From Zygnema circumcarinatum SAG 698-1b (lineage: Eukaryota; Plantae; Zygnematophyceae): a stretch of 64,000 nucleotides of DNA. The stretch is from positions 1,262,283 to 1,326,282 of the forward strand of contig CM074816.1 of the NCBI GenBank assembly GCA_037447605.1. The letters run 5' to 3'. The position numbers and the translations under genes are program-made. Shown piece by piece: positions 34,901-48,770 of the stretch; the stretch's first letter is position 1, and each line of letters starts with the position of its first letter. Under the pieces are notes generated by a model. That model was not told where the DNA came from. It did no database searches and saw only the letters and a program-made list of their open reading frames with translations.

Positions 34901-35980
34901 TTGAATGCCGGATTTTCGAAGCCATGCACATGGAAGCGGTTCGGAAAGGCGCTTGTAAAGAAACCAGTTCCATTTCGACGCTCCGGAGGGTTTTCCCGCC
35001 TCATGAACATGCGCAAAAAAAGACTGAAAAATGGAAACAACCAGCACGGAGAGTTGGAAGTTAACCAAAATCCCGAAACAATTAGGCCATGTAAGTGAAA
35101 TGTTCGACGAAACATACCAACTTGTCAGTCAAATCTGTGACTAGCCAAAAATGTGTTACCTTAGCCGTGCGTATAAGCTAGAGTGCTACTTACAAGTCAA
35201 CAAGTTCATCAAACGGAATGATATCGTCATCATTCATTCCATAATCCTCTTCATCACTCGTTTCATAGTCATTTGCTTGCAACCGATTATACGCCGCGTT
35301 GATCTGCTTGAACTTTGTAGTGGAATCTGCTGAATTCCCATTTTTGTCTGGATGATTGGCCAAAGCAAGCTTTCGATACGCAGCTTTGATCTGAAAAAGT
35401 CCACCAAAACCCTCAACAGTAAACCATAAGAAGGCACATTTTCTGGGTAAATATATCTAGGTTGCGACGACATGAATAGTCCCACCTTCACCTCATTAAA
35501 TTTCCAACTTAATGTGAAACCACAATGCCTTTCCAACACCAAAGCCCAAGCCTGCATGTTTCCCCAACACATGACTGTGAAATCACATAACTCGCATATT
35601 ATTGCGTGGATGTAATTCTGCACATAACTCCATTATGCATAATAGTTTTTCCCCCCGTTTAATTCAGATATCAAAATAGAAAAAGAGCCGAAGAGGGAGC
35701 AGGGACGGAGGGAGTGCGAGAAAGAGAGTTCAGAGGGGCAGAAATACAAGATGGGAGGGGAAAAGGTGGGAAGGGAGCGTCGAAGGAGGGGGGGAGGAAG
35801 GGCGAGGGGGATAGACTGAGGTCCGAGGGGGTGAAGGGAAAGAAATGCAGAGGGGATAGAAAGAGAATGGGGAGAGAGCGGGAGAAGGGAGAGAGAGAGA
35901 GAGAGCTGTCTAACCTCCGCCTGAGACGCATCTGATGAAACCCCGATGATTGCATATGCCTCCACCCGCGACAGCTTCAT
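28917..35980 (-). CDS. Large J-domain (DnaJ type C) protein with long low-complexity region and C-terminal CCCH zinc finger, ~1791 aa
   Basis: Exons 35980-35915, 35390-35194, 35023-34056, 33813-33386, 33135-31756, 31613-31539, 31178-28917; all GT-AG and phase-consistent (5376 nt). J-domain AYAIIGV..IKAAYRKLALANHPDK..KFKQINAAY. CCCH CVFFQKGLCKFGDKCMNTH at 29483-29427. Poly-Gly tract. Confidence 0.85.
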
Positions 35981-36296
35981 GGCTGCAGTCCTAAGCCTGT
36001 AATGTAGCGAGAAATTGGCCGCAAAACAAACCCTAATTGTTACAATTCGACACAAACACGGCGCTAGAATGCAGCGATCATTAAATATACTTTATGCATG
36101 CAGAATGTTTCTGAGGGCGGGTTTCTATTGACGGTACACGGTAACGAATGAACCAATCACAGCGCGACACATCAGCAAAAGTGTATACGTGGCAAGCTGG
36201 AATTGGCCAAGCTTGTCAGGGTACCCTCAATATGGACATGACTACAGGTCACCGCGATGATCCTCAGCACTTAGCAGTAGGTATGGTAAGAGAGGA

Positions 36297-36300
<4 letters not shown>

Positions 36301-36366
<66 letters not shown>
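36301..36366. repeat. (CT)33 microsatellite
   Basis: Perfect dinucleotide run. Confidence 0.95.
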
Positions 36367-36371
<5 letters not shown>

Positions 36372-37870
36372 CCCCTAACTCTCTCCCTCTAGGAGTGCTG
36401 AGCAGGGCTTCTATGCTACAGCAATGGGAATAATAATTATTTTTTCATTCCTGTTAAATTTCCATACCCGTTGAATTTCCATCACCTACTTCAACTTTTT
36501 TGGTAAGCAAACAGAAGAATGTAAAATTGAAAGGAGAAGCACCTGGATCAGGACCAGACTTACTAGCACAAGCCGCCTGCATCCGGAGTTGACAGTGAGA
36601 ACGAGAAAAAAAACCTCAAAAAAAAACCTGAAGGTAAGCTTCCGGCAGCAATTCCACAGGAAAAAATTGTGTCCCCGGATCAGAAATTAGGCAGCGGTTG
36701 CAGGGATTGCATGTGAACTCCCTTCCCATCCCATCATCATTGGCATGCGTTCATCCGAGATAGCCATGTCATGCCCTGTCATGCCATATCATGCCATGTG
36801 ATGCCATGCCATGCCATTCCATGCCATGTCATGTCATGTCCATTCGATGTGTTTCAAGGACGAGCGTTTCAAATATTTGAAGGGGGAGTCGGCGCAGCAG
36901 GAACAAGGGGAGCCGGAAAACGGCTCCGCTTGCTTCCTGCAACTGCTAGCTGCCCCGCCCTGCTCCAGACATTGCAAGGTTCTATGGAGCGAAATTCCAG
37001 AGATCAGTTCCGGACGATAACTAGGAGAGGTCCAGTTTTTGTAATGTGAGCGGGGCAGTTCGCCAGCGTGGCAATAGGACAAAATATCTTGGAAAAAGTG
37101 TTTATAAAATGATTTTTACCATTGTGGTCGGAAAATGCGGCAGACCAATAGGAATCGCCTCAATTGGCACGTGGAAATTGTTGGTATTCTGCACGAGGTG
37201 GATCCGCACCTCCGGTGGCCGGATTGAACACGCCACGTCGGAATTTTTTGAACCCTGCCTTTGAAACGACAAACGTGTCACTTGTTGGTAATCGCGGACG
37301 ACGAGTCCAACGACTTTGTATCGTATCGTATCATTTGGCAGAACGGTATTCGGTGATCGCGATATTTGGAAAGTTGCAGTGTCCTTTTCGCTATTGCGAA
37401 CCGCCGTGGAGCTCCTCCAATGGGACTTCGCCACGTGGAGGAAAGTGCACACGTGTCCAATGGGAATCCGTCACGTGTACAGAACTGGACGTGTCGAATC
37501 CCCATTGGGTAAATTGGCGCATTGACAGGGACTGGCTTTGAGGATGCAAGCGTAGGGTCCAAAGTTTGGAGCTTTCGGCACAGAGCCTCATCTGTCCCTG
37601 CATACAGAAGTTAAGGTTTAGGGTTTAACGCCGAGGGTTAGGGTTTAGGGTCTAGCGCCAGGTTTAGATCCTTCAGGGTCTCCCTCAATTTTCGCATCCC
37701 TCTACTCTGACAATTTGCCTGTTTCAACGCCATCGCTGAAACCACGAAAGCTCCTTAAACCCGAAACCTCTCAACCCTATGCCCTGAACCCTTAACCCTA
37801 CTCTCCACCCTATGCCTTAAACCCTGAACCCTAATTCTTAAGCCCCGCAACCCGGCGAGGCCTCTGCGCC

Positions 37871-40800
37871 ATGGCCTCCCGCTTCCGCCGGGAACAGCGG
37901 CGGCGGCGGTGGGCGGACAGCGGCACCGTCTTCCCGGCCTACTACGTGCCAGCTGTCGAGCGCCTGCTCCCCCCCGCTGGCCGCCATATGGCAGCCTCTG
38001 CGCTCGGCGTGGAGCTTCTGCAACTGACACGTGTCGGCTCGAGCTATGCAGAGATGGCGCATATGAAGGCGCTTCCACCCGCTCTTGGAGCTCTGTGGGA
38101 GGCTGCCCTCCTCTCTCCCTCAGGGAGGGAGGGGGAGAGGAAGAGGGAGAGAGAAGCCTCTCTCGAGGCGGACTTGGCAGCAGGTTTGTGCTCAGCAGAG
38201 ATCTATTGTCTAGTTACTTAGTTAGTTAGTCTAGTTAGTTATAACTTTGTCTAGAATTGAGTGACTTAAGCGCTTCATGGAGTTGAGGGGCATTTGGATA
38301 AAGCCAACCCTAAGTCTAGTGTGCGTGCTGACATTTTATCCGAATTCCGGCCTTTCCTGACGTAATGTCGTTTTAACCTTGACTGTACAACTAGTGTTAA
38401 CTTCAATAATAGCTCCGCTACATTGACAAGTGTTAAGTTTTACTGTAGCTGTGCTACAAACCTTAATTGGAAGACTGATAAGACTTCTATACGAATTCAA
38501 ACTGTAAAATTGCCTTCAGCTCGAATCCTAATCCCTCAATTTCCTAAATTCTTTACTCTAACTTTAAAATTTATCCCTGATTAACCTTAAGAAGCCTCTT
38601 GCCTTTTATCAGGATCAATTTTGAAGCTTGAAAAAACTTGCAGGCTCATTAATATTGGACCTTTGCTCTGTTTTTCCATGTTTGCATGTTTCAGGTCTGC
38701 GTCTCTATGTAGAAATTCTGTTCTTGGAAAATTCCAGACCAATACATAGAAGCCTGTTGGCCTATCTCATAAAGTTCCCAAAGGAACACGTGTCACGCCT
38801 AGATGACGCCATCTGGCAGTGCTGTCACGACTACGCTCCGGGAGGCTCCAAGTATCGACGATTTGCTGTGGGGGGAGCAGCGGCTTCCCTTACAGCTGCC
38901 CAGTTTCAGGTACATTTCTTGCTAACTTAGAAGGAGATATCTTGCCAACTGAGAAGGAAATTTCTTGCTGACTAAGGAGGAGATTTCTTTCTGCTACAAA
39001 GACTACTGGGTTCTTCGCGTCGAGCTGAGTTTTTGAGGTTTTTTTGGGCTTTCTGAGTGCACTTCTGTTGACTTGTGGAGAGGCAGCTACGTCTGTATGG
39101 TTCACATGTATATGTTTTTTCACTTGGGATCGCTGTATTTGAAGATTAGATTGACTGTGAAAGCAGTTTTTGACATCACTTCTTCCGCTCACATTTCTTC
39201 CCTTTGGGTCTGAAAGGGTTAATTTCTGGAGATTGTATACTTTACTTCCATTCTGTATCATTTTCACTCATTTCACTTTGATTTGTACAGAACAGGTTTT
39301 GCTAGACGGTGCGGGACGCAAATGTGCAAGAATTCTTGTCAAGGCGCTGAGCTTCGACATTTCATATGCGTTGGCCGTTTCACGGAGCGGAAGCCGTTTA
39401 ACGCCAGCGAACATGGATGACTGTCAGGAGGCTCTCTCATCCATCTACTACCTCCTGCAGCGCTTTCCAGAGCAGTTCAGATCACCCCCCATTCTTGAGC
39501 CTAAAAATCCGGATCAAATAAATCGAATTAATGAACTGGACACGTTAATAAGTCAGCCTGACGCTACACTAGGAGTCGGGAGCACTTTCATTGGAGAAGA
39601 TGGCGTGAGAAGGGAGGAAAGAGGAGTGAGAGCGGCTGTGACTGATATTGAACCAAAAGAAGCATTCGAGGCAGTAGTGAATGTCTTATTAGACGTTCTT
39701 CAGATGGGAGTATTGACACAAGACTGTTCCGTGGCAGCTGCCGTCAGTCTATGTGCCGCAATTCAGTTGTCAGTTCATTCGTCTGCCGAGCCGGAGTTTC
39801 TTTCTCTATATTTGGCTCGATCCTTTTTTTCGGCAGAAAAGGAGGAGAAGTGGGGAAGCCATGGAGGTAGAGTGAGAGAAGAGGATGAGAGAGGCGAGAG
39901 CGGAGAACATTTGGAGTTCAGCCTGCTGGACGGGGAAAAGGGAGAGGCGACGGAGGAGAATGCAGTAGAGGCGGTAATTAGGGTTTGCCGTAAGAGTACT
40001 TTGAAAAAGGAAGCGAAAAAATTTGCAGAATTTAGTCATCTATGTTGGCTGCGAGGTCTCCTCACCGCGATCCCTAGAGAAGCTCTATGTGCGCATCTCC
40101 TGTGGAGGAAAACTGTAGGCTCCAATCTGAGTCATGGAAACGGAAGCGTTGACTCTAGTTTGACCGGTCCAGCATGTGATCGTAGGCGTTCTTGGACTCT
40201 GCTTTTCGACGGAATTTTACCCAAAATCTGTCGTTACTGTGAACTGTCCACGGACGCACATTTCAAGTTCCATGCAGTTACATGTCTGCAAATATGTCTT
40301 CAGCAGATGAAAGCTGCAATTTTGGATGGAACGGAAGCGGCTATGGCTGACGTGGCATCAGAGAAGGCTGGCCTGAATTTTCCGGCCTATGAGGCGGTGC
40401 CAGGTGGCACGATCTCACGAATTCTGCAGATGGTCTGGAATAATTGGGAAGATCCGGTCGCTCAAACTGTAAAGCAGGTCCAAACCGTTTTTGATTTGTT
40501 GGTAGATGTAGTGCAGGCTGTGTCTGCGACAAAGAAAAGCAAGAATCAGAGAATTCTTAAGAACTCTACAAATCTTGATAAAGTGAAGCACGTTGAAAGC
40601 CATGAAACTGTGGTTGTAGGAGCAGAGGGGGTGAAAGGCTTTAGTTCAGACACGTGTGAGTGGGACGAGGAAGGAGGTCTCGGATTAGGGGAATTAGAGC
40701 AAGGATGGATGGATGAAGAAGCGCAGGAAGCGGAAGAAACTAATAAAAATACTCCTTCTGATGCTGAGCTGATTATAGTAGAATCTACGGGTAAATTAGG

Positions 40801-43800
40801 GTTAGAAGAGGACCTTCTTAAGGACGGGGCATGGATTGACACAAAGCTCTTCTTAGAGAGAATAGCAATGGACCTTTTGCAAGCAGGAGGGCATCGGAAA
40901 GGGCGATACGTACCTCTTGCCTCTCTCTCCTTCAAAATTGGGGCTTTGAAATGTTTACAAATGGACCCGTATTTGCTGCACGAATCGATTGCGGCTATTT
41001 CTGACGACGGAGTTTGCTGTTCTGTCAGTTCCTTTTTAAAGACTTTCTTAGAAAGACTGAGGGAGGAGTGTCAAAGGGAGGAGGGAGGAGCCTTGGAAGG
41101 GGATGCCAGGTGGCGCCGTCTCTGGGTGCCACCTGTCCTGAAAGCCCTCCTTGGAACCAACGGAAAACTTCGTGCAAATGTGACAACATATGCACTTCCT
41201 GTTGGTCTGCTAATGGATAGAGACAGCCTTTGGCCTATGGTAGCCTTCATTCTTGACATGGAACACCGAAAAGATGAAGGGGTGAGAGTGGTAGGAGAGA
41301 GAGATGCTGAGATGGGAGTGGAGGGGGCAAACCCTAGATTTCTGAAAAACCCCAGAGGCCCTAAAAAGGGGTGGAGTGAACTGGAGGGGGCGGAGGGGCT
41401 ACCACTTGATGCTTCTGCAGATCAGAGAGTGGGAGGTTTGGTGTCAGTTTTGAAGGTAGCACGGATTTTAGCTCTTGTAGATGGAGGAATGGAGAATCTG
41501 TTTGAGGAGCCTCAGGTAGAAGTAATAGAACATTCGAAATTTGGGGTGAAATTGACATGGAACGGGACATGGAACAAGGGCTTGTCTGAAATGGAACAAA
41601 TGGAGGGTGCTTTGGTGGAAGGAAATGGGGGAGAGAGAGAGAGGGGGAGGGAGAGGCAGCGGGGCAGGAGAGAGAGGGTCGGTGGGGGGATTCAGATTCC
41701 TTTTGTGTTTTTGAGGAGTTCTGTGATTCACAAAGACGATGGATTGAGAGTGGATGCTGCAGAACTCCTTTCTTTGAATCCGCGAACTTCTGCGATGCCA
41801 ACTGTACTAGAACTGAAACTGCTGAGGTTTGCGATTCCATTCAATTTACGGTGCTCCTCAACGGCATTCCGTATGAGGTGGACTAGCCTCATGAAGAAAT
41901 TCTTTGTACGGATGCAAAATGCTCTGGAGAGGAAAGCTGTGGAAGCTGCAAAAGCGACAGGAAATTTGAAGGTATCTGAAAACCTCAAGAATTCCAGGAA
42001 CTCTAAAGTTTCGGGCGTGAGACTGAAAACAGCGAGTGTGGAGAGGAGGAAGATGCTGAGAAAATGGGGTTTCGGGGGTGAGGGAGATGTGGGTTTGAGA
42101 GGAGGGGTGAGGGTTTCAGAGCGAGAGGAGGATGATGAGGCCGGGAGCGATGGCTTCATAGAGAGAGAGAGAGAGGAGGGGGAGGAAGGAGATGAGAAAG
42201 AAGCGAGTGTGGGAGAAGTGCAGGAGTTCTTGATTTGGTTAACCAATTTACTCACTAATTCCCTTTACCCGGGGGCACCTTATGAGCGGAAAAACATGGC
42301 AATGGAGCTTTATAATGCGATTATTGAAGTATGGAATCCTGTGGAGGCCCTTGCATCATGGGAACGTGCAAAAACCAGAAACAGTTTAGCAAATACGGTA
42401 GTGGATAACGGAACAGCAAAGACGGAAGAGCTGCATGGAGAGCCGTTCTTTCCGTTCCAAGAAGGCCTGCTTTCGTCAGGGGGAACTTTTGCCCTAATTG
42501 GAGCGGCTGTGGATAGCTGGGATAGGCTGAGAGAGGGATCGTTTACTCTTCTGCAAAAATACCCTACTCCCTTTCCAGGTGTGAACGGAGCTCCGGAGGT
42601 AGAGGATATATTGAAGTGGGTCAAAGGACTGATTTTGAGTCCGAGAGTGAGAGAGGCAGATGCAGGGGCTCTCATCCTACGGCTCATATTTAAGAAGTAC
42701 GTGATCGAGCTCGGATGGAAGGTTAAGATGCATCCTGAACCGAAAGTCGTATGTTTGAAAGGAAAGGGAGATGATGAGGGTGAGAAGGGACACTTGGCAG
42801 ATGCAGGTGATGCCATGTGGCAGTACGTGGAATCTTTGAATGATTGGTTGGAGGCAGGAGTGGTAGAGGGAGAGAGGGATCTAGTGAGTGCGTGCAAACG
42901 TAGCTTAGTGCATGGGATTTTAGTGGCTATTAGATATAGTATGGAGGAGATAGAGTGGAGTTCAAGGCCGGTAAGGAGGAGGAGGGAGGAGTTGAGAGTG
43001 GCGTTAGAGAGGTTGCTTGGCCTCGTATTGAGAGTGACTTCTTTGGCCCTGTGGGTGGTCTCGGCGGATGCATTGAAGGTACCGAGAGAGAGGGAGGGAG
43101 AGGAGAGGGATGGAGTGGGAGGGGGAGGGAGTGGGGGAAAAGTGGAGGGAGAAGCGAGGGTGCTGAAGAAGGAGAGAGAGGTGGATGTTTGTCTGGATGT
43201 GAGTGAGGGCAATGAGGTCGTGGCGGAAGGAGAGATGTACGAGATAAACAATGGAGAAGAGATGTGGGAAGAGGGAGAGGATTTGGAGGAATGGGAGGGG
43301 GATATGGAGGGAGAGGGGCTGGCTCCAAGAGAGCAAATGGTTATGGTGGGATGCTGGCTGTCGATGAAGGAGGTAGAACCCTAAACCCACGCCCTAACCC
43401 TAATACCCTCAAAATTCCTGGAAAGGGAGAAATTAAGCTAAATTTCAGTTGCAACGGGGTGATATTCTATAGATTTTCATGTTAAGCGATCGCTAATGTG
43501 CTTTCGAATTATTGTTTTGCAAGTCCGGTCATCACGATTGTAAACTTTGGAGTCTTAAATTCCTTATTTAGCTGATGTTTTTCTGTGTTTCAGGTGAGCC
43601 TGCTCCTTGGCTCCTTAGCTCACGCAGTTCCGTTGCCGGGAGCGGAACCGGATACCAACGGAAATACGGAGGACACAACGGTTAACGGAGACACAGAGCC
43701 GGACATGGAACCCGACGGCGAACAGCCGTTGCTCAATGCACAACAGTTGCAGGTGAACCCCCCTCTCCCACGACCCTAAGAACCCAATTTTATCATAATT

Positions 43801-46800
43801 ATATTTCCAAACAACGCTAAAAAACTCTGATCAGAAAATCTAGACTCTGAAATCGAAAAGAAAAACCGTAAAACTCAGGACTATCAAAAAGCCGGAACCC
43901 TACAAACGGTAACATTCAAATGCTCTTGAAAATGTTGAATTCTGCATAGCTAAGTGCTGGCTATGCAGAACTACCGGATTCGTCATTTTGTTGGCCCGAA
44001 ATTTTTTTTAAGCCCGAAAAACCCAAGAAATCCGGACTTGCCCTTTGTTCGTTCTTTATTCTACTTGTCTCTCTATTTATTTTTCCCTGTAAGCAGGCGA
44101 TAGGGGAGCATTTTCTGAGCGTGCTACTGGCTCTAAAGCATAATGGAGCCATAGATAAAACGAGAGCAGGCTTTATTGCTCTCTCCGAGCGATTGCTTCG
44201 ATCCGAGTCCTTTGAGTGAGTTTCTATTACAAAGTGTGAGAAAGAAGCAAAAAAAGCATTTACATTGTACGTTTTCTCGTCTTGAGAGGAACTTGAACTT
44301 CAAAATATCAGCTTGTTTATGAATGAGGCTTACAAATTCTCCCTCTCCCTCCCATCTTCTTCTCTTTCTCTTCTCCTCTCTCTCTCTGTTCCCCTCCCCT
44401 TTTCCTTTCTCCTTTACTCTCCCTTCTCTTCTCCCTCCCTATTCTCTCGTTGCCTCTCTCGCTCCCGTCTTTCCATTCCCCCCCCCCCCCTCTTCTCACC
44501 CTCCCCCCCTCTCTCTCTTTTCTCCCCCTCCCCCTCTCCCGCTCCCCCTCCCAACCTTCCTTCCCACCCCCTCCTCCCACTCCCCCCTTCCCCACTCTCT
44601 CCCTCTCCCCTCTCCCCTCCTGCCTCCCTCCCCCTCCTCTCCCTTCCCCCCTCTCGCCCTTCTCCCCCTCCCCCGCTCCCACCCCCCCTCCCCTTCCTCC
44701 TCTTCCCTTCCCCCCCTCCCNNNNNNNNNNGACAGGGAGTGGGAGGGGGAGAGGGAGGCGGAAGGGGAGAGGGAGAGGGAGAGCGTGAGAGAGAGGGAGA
44801 GGGGGAGGGAGAGGGAGCAAGACGGGGGGAGGGAGAGGGGGAGCGTGAGAGAGAGGGAGAGGGGGAGGGAGAGGGAGCAGGACATGGGGAGGGGGAGGGA
44901 GAGGGAAACAGAGAGAGGGAGAGAGAGGCAGGGAGGGAGAAGTCAGACGGCATGGTTCCGCAAGTGCACGCATTCAACTCCCTCCGCGCGGCCTTCAACG
45001 ACGCCAACCTCACCACCGACATGTCCGGCTTCTGCGCTGAGGGCCTGCAGGCGGCCATTGCCGCCTTCTCCTCGCCCCATTGGGAGGTGCGGAACAGCGC
45101 CTCTCTCGCCTTCACAGCGCTTGTCAATAGGACGCTCGGGTTCATGAATATCATGCAACAGGAAACGGCTCGGAGAGCAATCACTGGGTTCGAGTTTTTC
45201 CACAGGTGGGCTCTCTATCTCTCTCTCACTCACTCTCTCTTTCGCTCTCTCGCTTTCTCTCTCCCTCTCTCTTCCTTTTTCGTCACCTATCTTCTTCTCC
45301 TTTTCAGACGTTCTGCAATGGGGTGTTTTCTATCTGGACATCAAGGCCTCCGACTTCATCTTCCCCTGCAAAATCTCTGAAGATATAAGATCCAAACTAA
45401 CCTAAAACCCTTGTTCTGACAAATGCAGGTATCCCTCCCTCCACCCTTTCCTCTTGGGCCAATTGGAAGTCGCCACGTGTCTCCTCGACGGACCCGCAGG
45501 CGCTCCCTCGACGTCTGAACCGCTTCACCCCAGCCTTTGCCCTGTACTGATTCTGCTTTCCCGCCTGAAGCCATCCGTAATCAATACCAAGCAAGACGAT
45601 TGGCTGAGCCCTTCCGCCTTCCTCCCATTCGTCAGCCGCTGCGCCCTCCAACGGAATCTCCATGTGCGCGTTTTAGCGTCGCGGGCCCTCGCGCCACTTG
45701 TCGCCTCCCAGGACGTGACACGTGTCCTCCTCGGAATGGCTCACATTCTCCCCCTCGTTGCCGATGGGCCCGGTCAGAATCCAGACGGAACGGCGAATCC
45801 GATTGCGCCACGTGGCAGTGGGGACCGGCTGGAAGACGGGGGAATGCCAAGTGGCGGGCAGGGATTGGGTAAACTGAGAACGTACAACGCTGTGCATGGA
45901 ACCTTACTGCAGATGCACTCGTTGCTGGTGACGTCAAGGAGCTCTATTGCTGACGCTGAAGCAAGGGAGAGGATCATACTATTGCTTCTACCGGAGCTGG
46001 AGGCTCGGGATTGGCTCGGAAACCCATATAAATGTAAATGCTATCTAGTAGTGCGTGAGTTTCTGAGGGTTTTGGCCGTGCTGGGAGAGCTGGGAGAGGG
46101 AGAGAGAGAAGAGGGAGGAGAGATAGGAGAGAGAGGAGGGAGAGGAGAGAAGAAGGGGCGGAATTTGAACGAGAGTCGGCCTATCGATAGTTATCCTGAA
46201 AACCCTAAAAGCCTTGAAATTATTGCAAACCCTAAAGACCCCAAAGTTTTGGCGACGGAGGTAGCAACGATATCTCTCGATATGGAGATTAGGAGGGAGT
46301 GGGGGGTTGTGGATGCAACATTCGTTAAATTGAGGGAACAAGCGGCGGAAATTTATTTCAAGATGGGACTCTTTTTGGAGGGGGATGAGGTCCACTTTGG
46401 TGAATTTTTTCAACGTCTCAAAGCAGCACTAGAGGACGAAATGTATGAAGTAAGGTTGGCTGCATTGAAGTTTTTGAAGAAGGCAGCTTCGGGAAGCATA
46501 GGTGGAGGAGTTTCCGGGCAGGCGGAAAAAGTTTTGGCCTGTGTTCAACCAATCCTAGTCGAGCTTTTGGTCAAAGAGGGGCATCCGCAATGCATGCGTC
46601 GAATTTTGCAGGTTATGTTCATGTGGAGCTCAAGAACTGGAAATTTTTGGACTCGGGCAGGTGGGGAAAACAGGTCGGTAGAAGCAGAAGATAGCTTTGA
46701 GGGGCAGACCAATGGGGGGTTGACAGGTGGATCTCCGAACGAAAGTTTTTCCTTGCAGCTTTGGAAAAAGATACTAGAGATTTTTGAACGTTCTCGACAA

Positions 46801-48309
46801 ATGAAAACGAAGGAAATTGCTCTGAAGTGTTTGGGCATCTGCTTGCGAAACATTTTGCCTTCTGTGAGGCAGGCCGTCTGGGGGGATGTATCTGGTCAAG
46901 ATTTTGTCCAATGGGAGGACGCAGAATCTGTACTTGCCACGTGGCAGGAGCTGATTCGTCGGCACAGCAGGGCAGATCAACCTGCGACTTTCAGGAGAGC
47001 TACAGCTGACGCAATTATTGCGTCACACTTGCTGAGAGAGGGAAACTATGTGGGTGAAAAGTGGGAGGAAACCCTAAAAAAGTTGTATTTCGTTGATACC
47101 CTGAATGGAATTAGGGCATTCTCAGAGGGGAGAGATGCGGAGAGAGACAAGTCGGGAATCACGGCAGGGAGGGAGAGTGGGGGAGTGGGAGCGATGGAGG
47201 GAGAACGAGACGGGGCTTGGAGAGAGAGAGAGGAGCGAGAGACGAGAAGTATTGGGCAAAAGGAAAAAGTGAAGATATATTTGGACGCAGTTTTACGGAT
47301 ATGGGCGTTATGTGTGCGAATGTTGGAGGATGAAGATTTGGATTTGAGGCAGAAATTGGCGACTTCAATGCAAGGAGTGGTAGAGGAGCAGATGGGTGTG
47401 AGGGGGGTGGGAGAGAGCGCCATGCGGGAGGAGATGGGTCAAGAGAGAGAGAGAGAGAGGGAGAGGGAGAGAGAGGGGATGTGGGTTCAAGAGATGATTC
47501 CTGCACAAGAGGAGGTAGTGCTAGAACTTAGCTTCGATTATATGTCTATGTGCTTTTGGTGGTGGGACCCATACTTGGATATTTTGGCCGAATGGGTGAT
47601 GGGTCCGGTAGGGCTTGGAGGAGAGGGAGAGCGAGGTACTGATTTCGATTTGGTGAAGAGGCTTTTTGATAAGGAGATTGACAACCATCATGAGGAGGAG
47701 CTTCTTTTTGTTCAACTCTCATGTCTTCATTTGAAGAAGGTTATTCAAAGGAGGGGAGAAGAGGAGGAGAGGGAGAGGGAGAGGGAGATGCAGATGGAGA
47801 GAGTGGCGGGAGAGGGAGGATGGGGCAGGGATGAGCAGCCGGAGGTGAGTCAAGTTGGGTCGAAGCTTGTGGAGAAGGTGAGGGATTGGAGGAGGAAGTT
47901 TTTGGAGAGGTTTAAAGTTTATGTGAACGTGGTAGTGAAGATGGAGAGGAGGATGAAGTGGGTGGGAGGGGTAACGAACCATCAAGATGCCTTCATGCTC
48001 CTCCTTAGGACACTGCTCGGGCTGTTGACTTTGGTTGACCCAACGGGGGAAGAGAGGGGGGGAAGCTCCTTGGAAGCTTCCCTTCAAGAGAGAACGGAAG
48101 AGGAGAATATACGAAGGGAGTTGAGAGAGGCGACGGCGGTGCTGTTGGCTTTACGGCTTCACTCTCTGGTGGGGAATACTCTTTTTATGGTTCTGGAGGC
48201 CTACGAGACGAGAATGAGTACTCCCCAAACTTTGGGTGCCGAGTCCGTGAAGTTGCGTCTGGGCGCCATGTGGTCGAGAACGTTCAATCCGCTCTTTTTG
48301 CTCGCGTGA
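37871..48309 (+). CDS. THADA: THADA / Trm732 homolog (tRNA 2'-O-methylation cofactor, DUF2428); incomplete at an N gap
   Basis: Exons 37871-38183, 38695-38909, 39296-43372, 43594-43752, 44097-44215, [gap 44721-44730]..45205, 45429-48309. Motifs match recalled plant THADA: YVEILFLENSRPIHRSL, WNNWEDP, HRKGRYVPL, VDSWDRLRE, LSPRVREADAGAL, VGCWLSMKEVSLLLG, KHNGAIDKTRAGF, VHAFNSLRAAFND, WEVRNSA, TGFEFFHRYPSLHPF. Confidence 0.93.
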
Positions 48310-48770
48310 CGAGCAGCCATTTTTTTTTTTTTTTTTTTTTTGTTCCGGTTCTGGAGGAAATGAAGTCAGCAAAGGTTATCATTTATATGTCTATGTGTCA
48401 TCGTCGCTGTGCCGATTGCTGTTGAACGGTGGTGTGCGCATAGAGCCTTGTGTTTAAAAAAAAAAATTGAAGGATGTGTGGACCGTTTTTGAGTACTTTG
48501 GTTGGGTCCGTTCCGTTGATGCGTTCCAAATGCAAACATTCAACAAGTATACAACAGAGGTATATAAACCAGTTTGCAGTTAGGGTAACTGTTCTATGTC
48601 CCTGTTCGCAGTTGCGTAGTAACGGCTCCGTTTCACAGCGATCGGAGACATTCATAGGAAAGAAAAGGCGCGGAAACCGTACATCGTTCCCGTACACATT
48701 TTGTACGTTTGATTGTACGGACGTCGATGGATAAAGAATTCACGTCGCTTGTCGGAACCTGAACGACTTT

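Noticed and set aside
36771-37082. Short ORFs after the CATGC repeat
   Set aside because: No convincing start, splice sites or homology.
39806-48372. Minus-strand ORFs of 100-313 aa over THADA (likewise plus-strand ORFs over the J-protein gene)
   Set aside because: They are antisense shadows of purine-rich coding sequence.
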